Assembly (NCBI GenBank): GCA_964016885.1
Contig: OZ024740.1
Span: 401,574,001 to 401,638,000 of the forward strand
Origin: Eledone cirrhosa
Lineage: Eukaryota
Reading direction: 5' to 3'
DNA length: 64,000 nucleotides
Shown: positions 43,936 through 59,880 of the stretch, in pieces
Position numbering within the stretch: position 1 is the first letter of the stretch
How the letters are laid out: the number at the start of each line of letters is the position of its first letter
The notes under the pieces: generated by a model
Database searches by the model: none
Told to the model about the DNA's origin: nothing
What the model saw: the letters and a program-made list of their open reading frames with translations, nothing else
Program-made: the position numbers and the translations under genes

Positions 43936-45189
43936 TCTTATAATATCTGAGTTTCAATGCTATCAATATATTTTCGAACTCATATATATCTATATGAAAC
44001 AAAATAAATTCTACAAACCCATAAAAAATCGAATTGCTGCAAAATAACTACTTTGACGGTTAAAACACTGAGCATCTACAACTCCTGTTTGTTTACTGCT
44101 CAATATGATACTTATATTGTCCAGTATTATTTTACGTTGAAAATATTAACACATTAAACATTCATGAAAAATCAGTAGTAGTAGTAGTAGTAGTAGTATC
44201 TGTTGTTGTTTTTGTCGTTATTGTTGATGTTGTTGTTACTAAAGATGCTGCTATTTTACACTTTCACATTCAATCAGTTACATGTCACCAAGATATTCTT
44301 CCTTAATCAGTTCGTTAATGAAGTAGGTAAGTAGATGATTAAAAAGGTTCCTTAACGACCGCTAATTTAACTAAAGTAATTAGCTAATGTTAATGAAACT
44401 AGAAAATAAATTTAAATAAGAAGTAAATGAGTAAACGAATTATATTAATTAGGTCTCCTTCATTGGAAGACTTCATTGTTTAAATAGACAAATTACTGAA
44501 CCTCATGTCATATTCATGGAGTAGCTTGTCGTTCATGATAGGTAAACTGAGTTCAGGTTTTTTTGCAAGCTCTTAACTTTTAACACGTAATTAAAACTAT
44601 AATAATAATATCTGACATAGACACAATGCCATAGATTTTGAGGAGGCAAATTAATCCCAGAGCTTTATATGATTTAAAGCTGTTTTGGCTGCTATTTCTA
44701 GCTTGCAATGTACCTTTCATGTCACCGGGACAATGCTTAGACGTAGAGGTTTAAAACCACATGCGTTTTTCTTCAGTACCGGATTGGTATTAAAGGTGTG
44801 AGTTCATTGTTCGATTTACCTCATACATTAATTTGGCTATTGAACTTCGCCATTTAATTGGTGAAATATATTCTTAAGCAATAATAGAATATGTATACGA
44901 GGTTATGAATAATTACTGAATGTCAGGTATTTACGATTTAAATATGCCACCATTTGGAATTACAAATATCTCCTGTTAATGTTTGATATATTTATGTATT
45001 TGTCAATCGTTTTTTTTTATTTTATAATAAATTCTTGAATTCATTCTTTTGAATCTTCCTTAGAGCTTTCTTTGCAGGTGATATCGTACGTGTCTAAAAT
45101 GTTTACAGGCATGACATCCTTGTTCTTGTTCGAAATACATACAAACACACACACACAGACACACATATATATATATATGTATATGTATG

Positions 45190-45257
<68 letters not shown>

Positions 45258-45261
<4 letters not shown>

Positions 45262-45416
45262 AACCAGTAAGACCCCGACAGCTGAGCTCAAGCCGTTTCG
45301 ACGGCTTGAGCTCAGCTGTCGGGGTCTTACTGGTTCCTATTACCCACTCTACTACCTCAAGTATTGAGTACTTTGGTGCGTTATGGTCCACCTGGTTCCT
45401 TACCACATTTCCTTCG

Positions 45417-45419
<3 letters not shown>
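45258..45419. mobile_element. Family A palindromic element
   Basis: Fold-back at gccgtttcgacggc; same outer ends as the copies at 28351 and 37593. Confidence 0.85.
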
Positions 45420-45500
<81 letters not shown>

Positions 45501-45912
45501 TGGTAAAAGGAAAAGAAAATGCTGACAAATTGTTCCCAGTGAAAAATAGTTTAATTAGGAATAAGTAAAAATTAGTAATAAGTATTGGTTAGTATTCAGT
45601 TTTGGTTTTGAGTTTTTACCGGTTGCGCATTTCTAATGCTTTTCAAAAATAATTTTGAGATAGAGTGCCCGTGATGTTTGCTCTAGATTAAAGCAAACAT
45701 TACGGGCGCTCTATCTCAAAATTATTTTTGAAAAGCATTAGAAATGCGCAACCAGTAAAACTTAAAACCAAAACTGAATACTAACCAATACTTATTACTA
45801 ATTTTTACTTATTCCTAATTAAACTATTTTTCACTGGACACAATTTGTCAGCATGTTCTATTCCTTTTACCAATATATCACAACTCGTGTGTTACACCTC
45901 TATTCTTTTAAA
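45501..45912. mobile_element. Family B palindromic element (arms about 185 bp)
   Basis: 45501-45682 is inverted relative to 45692-45873; right arm extends to 45912; (TA)n flanks. Confidence 0.85.
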
Positions 45913-45954
45913 TATATATATATATCAACAGTACAAAAAAAGAGGAATTTATTT

Positions 45955-46050
45955 ACAGTCTAACAATTGTTTCTCTGATTGCTGAACACTAGAAGCAGTG
46001 CCACTCAATTTTAAATATTATGCTAGCTCAATCATGTCATCAGAAACTGT
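45955..46050 (-). ncRNA. Hammerhead at the 3' end of the Penelope-like element; solo relative at 61402-61511
   Basis: acagttt-CTGATGA-...-GAAAC-aatt-GTT-agactgt. Confidence 0.8.
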
Positions 46051-46162
46051 TATAAAAAATATATATAACAGGCAAATCTACAAATTCAAATTACAGCATC
46101 AATAATAATATTAGTAATAAAGATAGAGAGAGAACAAAGGAAAGAAACAGAGATAGATAAAG

Positions 46163-46164
46163 GA

Positions 46165-46204
<40 letters not shown>

Positions 46205-46295
46205 AAAAGGAAAAAAGAAAAAGAAAAAGAAAAAGAAAAAGAAAAAGAAAAAGAAAAAGAAAAAGAAAAAGAAAAAGTAAAAGTAAAAGAAAAAG
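46163..46295. repeat. (GAAA)n/(GAAAAA)n tract in the PLE 3' region
   Basis: Direct reading. Confidence 0.95.
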
Positions 46296-49227
46296 GAGAA
46301 ATGAAAACAGAGAAGGATATAGAGAGAAAAAAAAATGTAGAAAAAGGAGGATAGAAAGAGAATAGAAAAGGATAGAGGAGAAATGACGTAAGAGAAAAAA
46401 TGATATGAACAATGAATGAATAAATGTTAATACATGAATAAATATAAATAAATAAATAAATAAATAAATGAATAACTAAACAAATTATATCGAGTATGAT
46501 ACAAAATGATAGAAAATATGAAATATGAAAATATGAAAATATGAAAATAAATAAGTAAAATGTGCGAAGAAATTTAAACATAAAGATTATTGAAAGTGGT
46601 TAAAATATAGAGAGATGCGAAGGTATAAATATGATAATGTTAAATATATTTATGTGTATTGGTTATTTTAATAAATTAATTACATAATTAATTAATTATT
46701 TGATTAATTAGTTGTATGTTATATTAGAAGTGAAAATGATATGATAAGATAAAATACTAGGGATGAAATAAATTTAGGGAGAGAAATATAAAATATGAAT
46801 GTAAATATAAGAGGTTTTGATGTTGGTTCATTGATAGAGGGTGATAATTATAACAATAATGATGATGTGATATTATAATAGTTCTAAGTGGTACAATTTG
46901 GGTTATGGAATAGATAAGATGAATTAAGCTGGTCTAAAGTTCTCAAATTTGGTCGCCATTTTATGCCTACAGTAAATAGTTCTTTCAATTTTACTGTTAA
47001 GTAGCATTTTGTTGTACTTTAAAATTTAGAAAAGCTCCATATTACAAAGACCACAGTGGGACATACCAATTCGATAGGCCGTTGTTGTTGATAGCTTCGT
47101 TCAACTGTTTTTATATTCAATGTTTGCATCTCTAAGTTGCCAGATTTTTTTGGCGAGATTTATTGTATTTATGAGCTTCCTGTTAATCATAGTGTGTCTG
47201 TGGACACACCACATTTTCTTAAATTCTCCAGCTGTAGATCCTATGTAGTGCCATGCTAAGCTGCCTGAATTTATAGTACATAGGTATACTATAATAGACT
47301 CTAGGCATCCATTTTGTAATGGGCATTTGTCAGGTAGATGACAATTACATTTAGATGCTTTTCTATGTGCCGGTTCTTCAATATGGTTTTGTAAATTGTT
47401 ATGTATGGGCTGAGAATTGGGTTTGTTGATGTATTGTGGTGATGTGTTCTGACGTGAGTTTGGTTGTGATGATGTTATATGTTTATGTTTTGTATTTGTG
47501 TTATGGTACTTATTTGCGGGCTACTTGCATTATACATTCTTTTATAGTTAATTTTATGTATGTGCGATTCTATGTTGTTGGTAGTTTGATAGTTTTTCTA
47601 TTAAAGATTTTATGAATTTTAGGGAAGTGTTTGTCAACTAATTTGAAGAAAGTATAAGGTAGTTTTGTTTTTATAGAGGAGTTAAACACTTGATTGAACC
47701 ATAAGTACTTTCTATCTCTACATCTTCTATAGTTATTAGTGGTCTTTCTATTAGTATTCTGTTCAATTAATTCACGTGCTTGTTGCCAATTTCTATGTTT
47801 AGTCCTAGATTTGTTGCTTCTATAGGTGTGGATAGTGTTATTTCTATTAAGTGTGTTGTTATTTTTTGTATTCGGTATGTATTTGAGTCTCTCTTTATGG
47901 CCTGCCTTAAGTAAAGCTATGTTGTAGTAGTTAGCATGTTCATTAAAAATCTCTAGATTAGAATATAGGTGTGAGATTCTAAGGGATATACTACGTGCTA
48001 TGGAATTAATTATGGGTCGAGGGTGTTTAGAGTTATAATTATTGTAAACTAAATGTTCATTATTTTTATGGAAGGGTTCTATTAGACCTGTGTTTAGGTT
48101 AAGCGATACATCTAAGAAGTTAGCTTTTTTAGAATTGAGTTCAAAAGTGATGTTAAGGCCTAATTTATTAAAGAATTTTCTAATCTTTTCCCGTAATCTT
48201 TCTAAGTCCTGATTATTTAGGTTTCTAGCAAAAAGCAATTTATCGTCTCTATAAATTCCTCCTTGTAGGTTATCAAATTCCTTATGTAAGATGTGTGCTA
48301 TATAAATTCCGACAATGTCTGTAATTTGGGCTGAATCATTTGATCCCATAGTTATATCGAAGTTATTCTGTCTATTTTTTCTTTCCCAGTAACTATTGTC
48401 GAATTTAATGATTGTTCTTCTAGCAGCTAGCATTATTTCAATTTCCTCTGGTGATAGGTCAGAGTTTTTTTGTGCAAAGGATAGTGCCTTATTTAGGGTT
48501 ACTGGGGAAATAGAGTAGGGGAATAGTAGTCATTAATGTCAAACTGTATGAAGTCGGAAGATTCTCTATTGTCTAATTTATTAAACCAATCTATTGCTTC
48601 ATTAGTGTTATCCCAGAGTTTGATTATTAGTTTTTCTTTAATTTGTGGTATTATCCTATCTAGTATAAACTTGCTAATTCTGCCTATATCTGATTTTGAT
48701 GGATATATTAATCTAATAGTAGGGTCAGTTTTGAAGTTACATTTATGATCCTTCAGATTAAAAGTGGGTTTACAAGGCGTTAGAGGTTCGGTTCTATCAG
48801 ATATTTTAGTTTTTTTTTACTATGTTAAGACCTTCCTTGTTAATGCTATTGAGTGTAGACTCTGTAGTTTTTTTGTATTTTTCATGTAATTCCCGGCGCA
48901 TAAAGTTGTATGTATTAAGGCTCATGGTATATACATTTGATGTTTTGTCTGCCTTCACTATTATACCGTTTGTGTTACGTAATTCTTTTAGTAGCGCATT
49001 GATGTTATTTTGCAGTTTGTTATGATACATTCGTTTTTTTTAAATTTAGTTTCTTTTATCATGTTCATGAGGTCAAGTTCAAAGGCATGAAGTTGTGGGT
49101 TGCCCGATGAATTTTTGCAGGATCTAAACCCATATTTTTCATTGGTAGACTCACTATTTCTATCATTATTATTATGTCCTTTATTGTAATGATATGCTTT
49201 CCATCGTAATGATATGCTTTTGTTATC

Positions 49228-49294
<67 letters not shown>

Positions 49295-49329
49295 ACCATA
49301 TATATATATGTATATAAATATCACCATAT

Positions 49330-49391
49330 TACTTGGACAGTCAGCTTCCTGATGATTGAAACAGGTCTAGTCATGTAGAAGCTTTTCTATA

Positions 49392-49439
<48 letters not shown>

Positions 49440-49566
49440 TGTATATATATATATGAAAATGTATGACCCCGACGGCAGAGCAGCTCAAGCCGTTTCGACT
49501 CTACTACTCTAAGTATTAACTACTCTGGTGCGTTATGGTCCACCTGGTTCCTTACCACAACTCGTT

Positions 49567-49572
<6 letters not shown>
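49330..49572. mobile_element. Family D fragment (49330-49392) and family A copy (49455-49572)
   Basis: gcttcCTGATGAttGAAACaggtctagtcatGTAgaagc with stem II deleted; inverted gaccccgacgg..tttcgac joined to the family A 3' end. Confidence 0.7.
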
Positions 49573-49618
<46 letters not shown>

Positions 49619-50030
49619 ATGCATGTATGTATATATGCATGTATGTATATATGCATGTATGTATATATATAAACTTCTCCCTCTCTCACCCCGGTTACAG
49701 TACCTTACAAGTTGTCTCGTGTTTCCCCTTTCTCTATCGCTATGTCTTTTTCTTTTGTCTTTCTCTTCGTTATCTGTGATTTTTTCCCGGATATCTATCC
49801 CTTTTAGTTATCAAAATATTCTTACTGCCTAGCACTCATTTTTTCTAGAGGTGTTTATGAGCCTGTAAGTTGGTGTGTAAAATCCGATTTGCGATCATTC
49901 AGCGTAATAAAAGCATCATGCTCAGCAAATCTTTCTAGTCTATTGACAATTTTAAAATTTCTAACTAGTTCTTTGGCTTCGTCGTTAATAGAATTGTAAT
50001 AGTTAGGTTTCACATATTTGTTATATTTGT

Positions 50031-50620
<590 letters not shown>

Positions 50621-50749
50621 TATATATCAGGGGCGAATGGTCCGTGCATGCGTTATAGAATCTTTATTTGATCAATTGCGTCGGTTGAAGCAAGCAGAAT
50701 TTTCGCTGCTTACTAAAACGTATAAACACAAAATAAGATAACACACACA

Positions 50750-50945
<196 letters not shown>

Positions 50946-51688
50946 ACGTGCTTATGTTCCAAAAGTGTTAATCATTTGTCTATTTAAAAAAAAGTCGATT
51001 AATTTTTCAATTGTTTCATTCAATTTCTCTGAATACCTTGGCAGCTACTCATTCGGATGATTTCTTCAGACAGAACCAATTGCAAAGATTTTCTAGAAAA
51101 GTTAAACAACAGATACAATATCTGAACTTCATGGTGTTTCGATCTTCATTTATCACTTTTTCTTCTACGTTTTTCATCTTAAGTTATCAAAAAATATTTG
51201 TTTTTAATGTGATGTGCTTTCTTGATAGTTTTTTATTATTTAGTTCTCTATTAATTGGTTTTGGCAATGGATATTAATTCGTATTCTTAGAGCCAAACGC
51301 AATGAAATGGTGAAAAAATGAATAATTAGACTAATTAAAAGAAATTACTTGAAATATGTTCAGCGATAGAAAGTGTAAATGAAATAGAAAAAATCTACAA
51401 ATTCACCCATAATTGAAAGAAAGGATATCAGTTCTAAAATTGCGAGATATTCATTATTTTATCACGGTAATGGTATGATTCGATCTCGTTTTTCTGGATA
51501 CTTTCCAACTTTATTGAAGACCCATTAATTGAATCTAGTTACAAAATGTGAACAAAGTAACATAAAGACCATCAGTATTTTGAATCAAATTTTCTGCAAC
51601 CTAAAATAGGTAAGTTTCACCTCCCTCGTGGTTACATTCAGCGTAGTTTCTTTTTATATTTTTTAACCTTCCACTTCAATTTTGTTTC

Positions 51689-51804
<116 letters not shown>

Positions 51805-54564
51805 ATATATATATATATATATAGTTCAATGAAACAACAAACAGGGTACAAAAAGTCTCTCTCTCTCTCTCTCTCTCTCTCTTTATATATATATATACAC
51901 ACACAAAAGCACAACAGTAAGTGTGCCTGCACAATATAAGGTTTCGAGGGAAAACAGGCTATTTTGGAAGCAATACCGTGAGAGAAAAGGAATAAAAAAA
52001 CAACAAAATATATCCATTTCTAAATTTGTCTGGATGCCAAAATTTCTAGGAAGGATTATTATTGAATGAATTCTCCTGGGTTTCTGCTTTATACTAATTT
52101 ACATCACCTCCCACCCCCAACCTCCCCTGTGATAGTAGAAGAAATATATGATGACGGGATTAGAACATAAAACCTGTAGATGAGAAATTATAATTTGCAG
52201 TGTGTTATATTATCTGAGCTCCAGACCTTCTCTGTTTGAGCAAATTCACACGCTTTATATATATATATAGATATAGGATTTTATTTGGCCAATGCAGGCG
52301 TCCATTTTTGAAGGCTAGTATGGTGTTATTCGAAGGATACGTAACATGTTTCTCGCAAAGTCGCCTACCGCATACAAGTTCTTGCTCTCATTCAAAATAC
52401 TTCGGTTTGTCCTTATAGTTGGACGACGGACTGTTCAGTTTAGACAAGCCAACATGAAAAGGCATAGTCTTTTTTAATTACATTTTTAAATGTCCCTTCT
52501 TTAAGAAACTTAAGGAAAATTTATCTCCTATATTTGCAGGTCGACCGCATATAGTGTGAAGCATTAGGTTTATAGATAATAAAAATAATTGATGTTACTC
52601 TATAATAGTATTAGATAACATACGCTAGTGACATTGTATAAGATACCAGCTATCGGCCAGTCGGGTCAATCCCAGCGAAATCAAATTTTCAATATTAGAA
52701 CAATTTTACTCAAAGAAAACATTTTTTCGCGATCAGAAGTACTCATATGTGGGTACTTCTCTCATGCTTTCTAAATGTGTGTCTCGTTAAACAATAGCCA
52801 TGGTACAATTTGACCCTAAGAAGGCTTACTGTCAGAAATCTGATATAAAGAATTAGTAAATCTGAATTAGAAACAGATTACGAAATATTTCAACAGAAGA
52901 TTTTCACATGAAGCAAATGATTTTGTAATCTAGAATGCACACAGTTCCTTCGCCAATGTACCTATGTATAGGCGTCCATATTTGTGGGTGTTTGTGTGTG
53001 TGTGTGTGTTTGCGTGCGCGCGTGCGTGCATGTGTGTGTGTGTGAGAGAGAGTTTGTGTGCGTTTGCATGTAGGTGTGGGTTTGTTCGTGCATGTGCGTG
53101 TGATGGAAAAACCATGCTAGATAAGTAGGGAGATTTTGCTCTTTGCATATGCTTAGCATTTAACTCAGCTAACACGTTTTAGTGATGTGCTCTGGAATAA
53201 AATGTTTTGGATTGTTGTGGTATGTGACAAACATAATGTGTAGGCTACAATAAGGCTCTCGCTATGTAGGGTGTTGTCATGCTAGAAATGTCAAGCAAAT
53301 CTCCGGTTCTACCTTAAGACAGGATATTCGTCCGAGGCTAAGCAAAGACGTCAACAGCAACAAATACATATCAACAGTAAAAAAAGGAAAAAGAATAATG
53401 TGATGAGTACGATGATAATGATGATAATGATGATCAAAAACAACACCAGCAACAACAACAAAAACATTAGCAACAACAACAGCAACAACAACAACAAAAG
53501 CAGCAACAACAAAAAACCATAGCAACAACAACAGCAGCAACAACAAAAACATTAGCAACAACAGCAGCAGCAACACAATAACAACAATATCATAGACTCA
53601 TGCGTGCTGTGAATAGCCGAGTTGATAATGTGTCGGATATATTATTCAGCGGTCAGTGGAATGTTCCCTTCGCAATCACTTCTCTTTCTCTAGGAATATG
53701 ATGTTTAACTCTCAATGGTTCAGATTAGATTCCTGTTAATTTAGCCCAATGTTCTAAATAAACTGGCCAGAATAAGACATAATTTAGAAGCACATCTGAA
53801 AATATTTGTATCACTCTACTTAAAATACAGCCATACTTTCCATCTCATCACCACACTGAATAAATAAATAAATACATACATAGATGTACTATGTTATGTG
53901 CTAAACATCTTGTATGTAAAAAGAAAATGAATCAGAAAAAACAATAAGGAAAATAAAACAAAAAATATATTTGCCTGTTGTTTGTAACTAAACAACACAA
54001 CCATTGCACAGCTTTAACTAAATACATGACCAGTTGGTTTCCTTTAACATTGGTGTTTACTAATGAATTACATACTTACAGAAACACATAAAAATAAAAT
54101 AAAAAAACTACAAGGACAATAACTGAGAACAAATAACGACAGTATGAAAATCTCGATTAAATGTAGTGAACCAGAAATTTCAACAGTGTGCTAGTATTTG
54201 TAAATCATTTCCTTGAATTGGTTAAGCAATTTTATCTACACGTTTAGTTCACATATTATGTGCCTATTCATGGTAAACACACTATGTTTCTTCAATGTAG
54301 TTTAGTGTGTATATTTTATTTGCTTCTTTTTCTCTTTAACATTTACTTCGTTCATTCTTCAGTGACATGAGTTTGAATAAATTAAAGTAATTGGATTCAG
54401 CCATCACGATTAAATATAGAAAGACGGCTACCTTAATTAATGTCAGCTTAAAAGCAAAATATGCGCATATAAGTACGTAAACATGCTTACAGACAGACTC
54501 ACTTCCACGCACTCATAGATGTATACATGTATATACACACACACAGACACACATATCTATGTAT

Positions 54565-54626
<62 letters not shown>

Positions 54627-57026
54627 ATGTTGTTTTTGTTATTGCATGTATGTATGTTTATGTTTTATGGCACGCGTACGCACACATACAATTATATTTC
54701 TCTCTCTCTTTCTCTCTCCCTCTCTTTCCCTCTCGCTCTCTCTCCCTCCTCTCTCCCTTTCTCTCTTCCACTTTCATTCTTTACTTTTCTCATATTTCAG
54801 TTCACCCATCTAACATTCTTCATCTAATCTCATCAACTCAAATCTCTGTTTTGGTTTCAATTGGTTTATTTAGTGAATATTTTCAAATGAATTGTCGTCC
54901 AGGCTTAGTAGCTACTCAATTATCTGCTTTCTAAACTTTACACAATTAATGTATTATTTTTTTAACAACCAATTCATTTTAATTTTTTTTTATTTTTCAA
55001 ACCCAACCCATATTTTGAAATAATATTTGTTGCTCAAGTGATTTGATCTAAGATAATGAATCTGAAACAGAATATAAAGAAATGCATAATATTCTAGACA
55101 GTCGTGATGTTAAACATAGGTATAGACAAATGAGGAATGCCATGACTTTTAAATAATTATGAGTTAATAAAGCCGGCTTTCATACACCTTATATTAATGG
55201 ATAGATCCTTGTTTCCAAATTATCAAACCCTCATAATCTCCATTTCCTGCTTATTGCTACTATTGTTTTACCTTCCATCAATCTCGCTCGCTCACATTTA
55301 GGGATTTGTATCCAAGAAGATACATGATTGTGGATATGATGTACATTATTCTTCGCCTGTTTTGAATCTTCTCTCCTCTTGCTATCTTACTATTCTGATC
55401 GCATCCCATGCTTGTCTGGAGGCTACAAAAATTACGAGGGACGCCATTTTGACAAATATATCACATCATCCCACGATTAACCAGTAAAGTAAGGCCATGC
55501 GTAGATGAGCTTCCAAATAACTATACAGTATATATGTTTTTAGTTTTTCTGAAGTTTTCTGGTGTAATTATTTAAACAATTATCCCTTAAGAATTGTAAA
55601 GCTTAGGGTTTCACCAAATTTTTATCCGGGAATACGGCGAAGACAGCTATTTCTACGTCTGGTCATTCTAAATTTCAACTAACCAGCCGAACGGTATCTT
55701 GGTGAGGCATAGCCCATCCATTCTTGTGTGACGCAAGGCTCGCTTATTTCTTCCACATTTCGGCATCCTATACATTAATTAACTGCATTCTCTCAGTTCA
55801 AATACTCACTTCTAAGTATGAGCAGCAACATATTATCCCTTCTTAACCTTATACAAACATTTTATACACAGGCAACCTAGATTCATATTTGCATACAGCA
55901 ATTGAATTGTCAAGACTACTGCTTATGAGAATGTACTCACCCCGAAAACACGACTGTCACCTTTTAACAGCTTGACAGATTACCGTCTTTCAAAGTCATC
56001 CAGATGTTTTTATTACGCATTTCAAGAAAAATAATTTTCTGACGTGAAGCAATGATCGTGTCTCACGGGTTGCTTCGATGCACCTGTCAATGTAACGTCC
56101 CTTGTAATTTGGTTCCCTGGCTCACTAATGCTATCAGAATATAGTAAAATAATAAAAGGAGTGTAGATTAAACAAACAGATAAAAGAATACTATACATCA
56201 TATTCACAATCATGTATTTACTTGGATTTAAATCCTTAAATAAAATTGATCAGCTAGATCACTCAATCACCTAAGGCAGGGACAAACTTTTCAATTTGAA
56301 CACTATTTTCTTTTAATCGTAGCAGCACACCTGGCGTAATGTAATACTAAACATGCTGTATCGGAAAAATGACTGGGTTATCAAGGCTGTTATGTCTTTG
56401 ATCACAGGTCTACTCAATGATTACATGAGGCTATCCCCAGTAATACTTTTCTAGATAAAACTTCTCTAATATTGTACAGTTCACGATTAAATCTGTCAAC
56501 AAATGTCACGACAACCCACGTTAACGCAATATACATATATCTTGTATAGTAATGTAGATATACACAAATGTTCCTTATACCCCAGTTAGCGGGAGACTAT
56601 TAGACGATTGACGAATTTTCATTCCTAACATTGTTACAGGCACTGAATATTTGTTCAGTTCCGCTCTCATAATTCTACTGCAACGGTCACTGTTTCACAG
56701 ATTTACCTATTTTGCTGTACTTTGTCTCATTTCCTGTAGACATAATATACATTTCCTACTTCATCTCTTCATACTGGACCTGCAGCATTCATTAGCCTCA
56801 TAGTAATTTGTGTGTGCAACGATCAACCTGTGCAAACGAAATATTACTAAATTCAATATCTAAGAGCGATTTTACACAATATTTACACTATTACCAATAC
56901 TGAGATATTTCATCAGTAAATGTTGTCTCTCATCTAATAACGTATAACATTAATAAATGAATAAATATGTATATATACGCGTATATACAGACACAAACAC
57001 ACACATAGGTACAGACAGACAGATAG

Positions 57027-57119
<93 letters not shown>

Positions 57120-57628
57120 TATATATATATGTGTGTGTGTATATATATATGCGTGTGTGTGTTTGTGTGTGTGTGTGTGTATTATTTGTGCATGGAGTTT
57201 TAAGGACATACCTCCCGTATCTGTAGGACCTCAAGATTATAAATGAAATTGGATAGGAAAATTTAAAAGCCTCAAAATGTTATTTATCAATCTGAAAATA
57301 CGTTAAATGAAATTAATTCAAATGAGGACAAATTGGATTTTATAAACAACCTCGTTTTACCCATTAACATGATATAACACACTCAAACATAACTTAATAT
57401 AACTTATTTCCCAACTCTGGAAAATAAAGTCACATTCAATCTTTCAGAAAATATATATTTACACTAATTTAAACATGATTTTAATCCTGATAGAAGTACT
57501 TAATGAGAATATTTTTGGTGTTTATCAATGTTTATCGTCTACATTATATTGATTATTTAATTATATATATATATATATATAATATGGAAGACGAAGAATC
57601 AGTGCTGCACATCAAACAGAATTTATTA

Positions 57629-57720
57629 ACGTATTACAATTTTCCTCCGGCGAAGAGCTCGAGGTACGATCTATTTGTGGATCGATCCTGACTCTGGATT
57701 CGCAAGTTCCTCAGATACGT
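57629..57720 (-). ncRNA. Hammerhead motif, family of 6951-7046
   Basis: acgtat-CTGAGGA...GAAA-att-GTA-atacgt. Confidence 0.6.
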
Positions 57721-57762
57721 CTAGCGACTTCGAAGCAAATCTTCTGGACGCATCCAAGCAAC

Positions 57763-57816
<54 letters not shown>

Positions 57817-57881
57817 CAACCTTATATATAGCAACCTTACTACATATATATAGAGAGAGCAACCTTATATATATATAGCAA

Positions 57882-57960
<79 letters not shown>

Positions 57961-57970
57961 CAGCCTTACT

Positions 57971-58034
<64 letters not shown>

Positions 58035-58035
<1 letters not shown>

Positions 58036-58158
58036 TTTATACCGGGTTCAATCGTTGGTAACCCCAGTAAGGTACCCAATACAGATTACTTGAACAGTCA
58101 GCTTCCTGATGATTTCTCACGAATGAAAGAGTTGTAGTCCTGTAGAAGCTTTTATATA
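58035..58158. mobile_element. Family D copy with hammerhead at 58101-58149 (+)
   Basis: gcttc-CTGATGA-t-ttc-tcac-gaa-t-GAAA-gagttgtagtcct-GTA-gaagc, preceded by an inverted 3' piece. Confidence 0.75.
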
Positions 58159-58159
58159 T

Positions 58160-58201
<42 letters not shown>

Positions 58202-59189
58202 AAAAAAAAAGGAAAAAGAATGACTTCATTTGTAGTTCTAAATAATTTGATTTAATTTTATAATATTATAATATATATATATATATTATATTTATATAAT
58301 ATTAATGCATACAAAACTGAAGATTTCTCCGTAATCCATTATATTGTAAGTGAATAATATTTAATATATATTTCTCATGTGTAAGTGAAATCATTTTCTA
58401 TGATATGATCCGCTGTTTCGTTTAATTCACGTATTTGGTATATAAACATAAATATAAACATAAATACATGAATAAAAAAGAAAATATTCGTAATCTGTCA
58501 GACGAAACCCTTCGTCGGAGATAAAATATTTATATTATGTATTACGACAACACGTACACACACACACGAACGCACGAATATATTTACAAAAATATATTTA
58601 CAAAAATACATAGACACACACGGTGAAATTAGTCGTTAGAGTATCGGATAGAATACATTGCAGTTTGAGTTCACCTCTCAACAAAGTCAAGTTTGACTTT
58701 ATAGTCAGGTTAGATAAATAAAATACAAGACATGGACAGAGGGTTTGTTCAGTTTTTAGGTAGAATAGACAGGTAAATATCAACGGAAATATAATTAAAG
58801 CAATGTAAAGTTTGTAATGGAGAGGAAAAGTACAAAATAAGGCAGTAGCTATTGGAAGTCCAAACAGAAGTGTCCTCTTTGACTATATATGTAACATTAC
58901 AATTCCACATCGCTACTCCAGTGATACGGACGTGGACTGTATATGAGTGCGTTTCCTTGAGTATAAAGCGGACAAAATAGAGAAATCTTTATCCCGAAGG
59001 TTGGCGAGAGAGATCCGTTGGAATAGACATTTAAGCTTGCAAACCTTTATCACCTATCTTCCTACTGCCACCTGAATTTGTTACCTGGAAATTGATCCAT
59101 CGGAATTATAGACGCTTCCAAAACGACCACATTTATATATATATATATATATATGAAAAGTGTAATTTTCTACACAAAACGAAGGTTAT

Positions 59190-59560
59190 AGAGAAAATTG
59201 AGGTTGGTAATGGCACATGGAATATATAAGAGACAGAATACTTTTTTGTGAAAAAACATAATTTTATAAGGTAAGGAAATAATAAAGGGTATAAAAAATG
59301 ACCGGTTTCGATGGGTCTGCAAAAGCCATCTTTTCAAATGTTGATTAATATTAAGAAAAATTAATAATACGAAGAGTTCTCTTCGTATTATTAATTTTTC
59401 TTAATATTAATCAACATTTGAAAAGATGGCTTTTGCAGACCCATCGAAACCGGTCATTTTTTATACCCTTTATTATTTCCTTACCTTATAAAATTATGTT
59501 TTTTCACAAAAAAGTATTCTGTCTCTTATATATTCCATGTGCCATTACCAACCTCAATTT

Positions 59561-59565
<5 letters not shown>
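59190..59565. mobile_element. Perfect palindrome of about 376 bp carrying a core-mutated hammerhead
   Basis: Centre gaagag-tt-ctcttc (59377); ttgaaaa-gatgg...ccatc-GAAAC-cg-GTC in both arms. Confidence 0.85.
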
Positions 59566-59596
<31 letters not shown>

Positions 59597-59641
59597 CAAT
59601 CGGTCCTGGCATTGGTAAATATGCTGGGTCCGTCAACTCCT

Positions 59642-59691
<50 letters not shown>

Positions 59692-59695
<4 letters not shown>

Positions 59696-59880
59696 AATCA
59701 GGATTCCAACGGCTGAGCTCCGGCCGTTTCGACAGCTAGATCCGAAAGTTCGGATCTAGCTGTCGAAACGGCCGGATCTCAGCCGTCGGGGCCCTGTCTC
59801 TTTTTCTATTACACCCTCTACTACCCTTCGTATTGAGAACTCTGGTGTGTTATGGTCCACCTGCTTTCTTACGACACCTA
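59692..59880. mobile_element. Family A palindromic element, diverged subfamily
   Basis: Centre gacagctagatccgaa-ag-ttcggatctagctgtc, then GAAAC-ggcc..agcc-GTC. Confidence 0.8.

Larger units (their letters stand above)
45926..49231 (-). mobile_element. Penelope-like retroelement (RT + Cys linker + GIY-YIG), frameshifted, 5'-truncated, in (TA)n
   Basis: SLRWKA..KYGF, ADKTSNVY, FIQFDI, FDITMGS, IYRDD and FLDV motifs; manual translation of 47358-47210 gives CNC..KCPLQNGCL..IVY..YIGST; hammerhead at the 3' end. Confidence 0.92.

Noticed and set aside
55250-56120. Higher-complexity stretch as host exon or transposon relic
   Set aside because: No sustained ORF or motif I could recognise; needs blastx or RNA-seq
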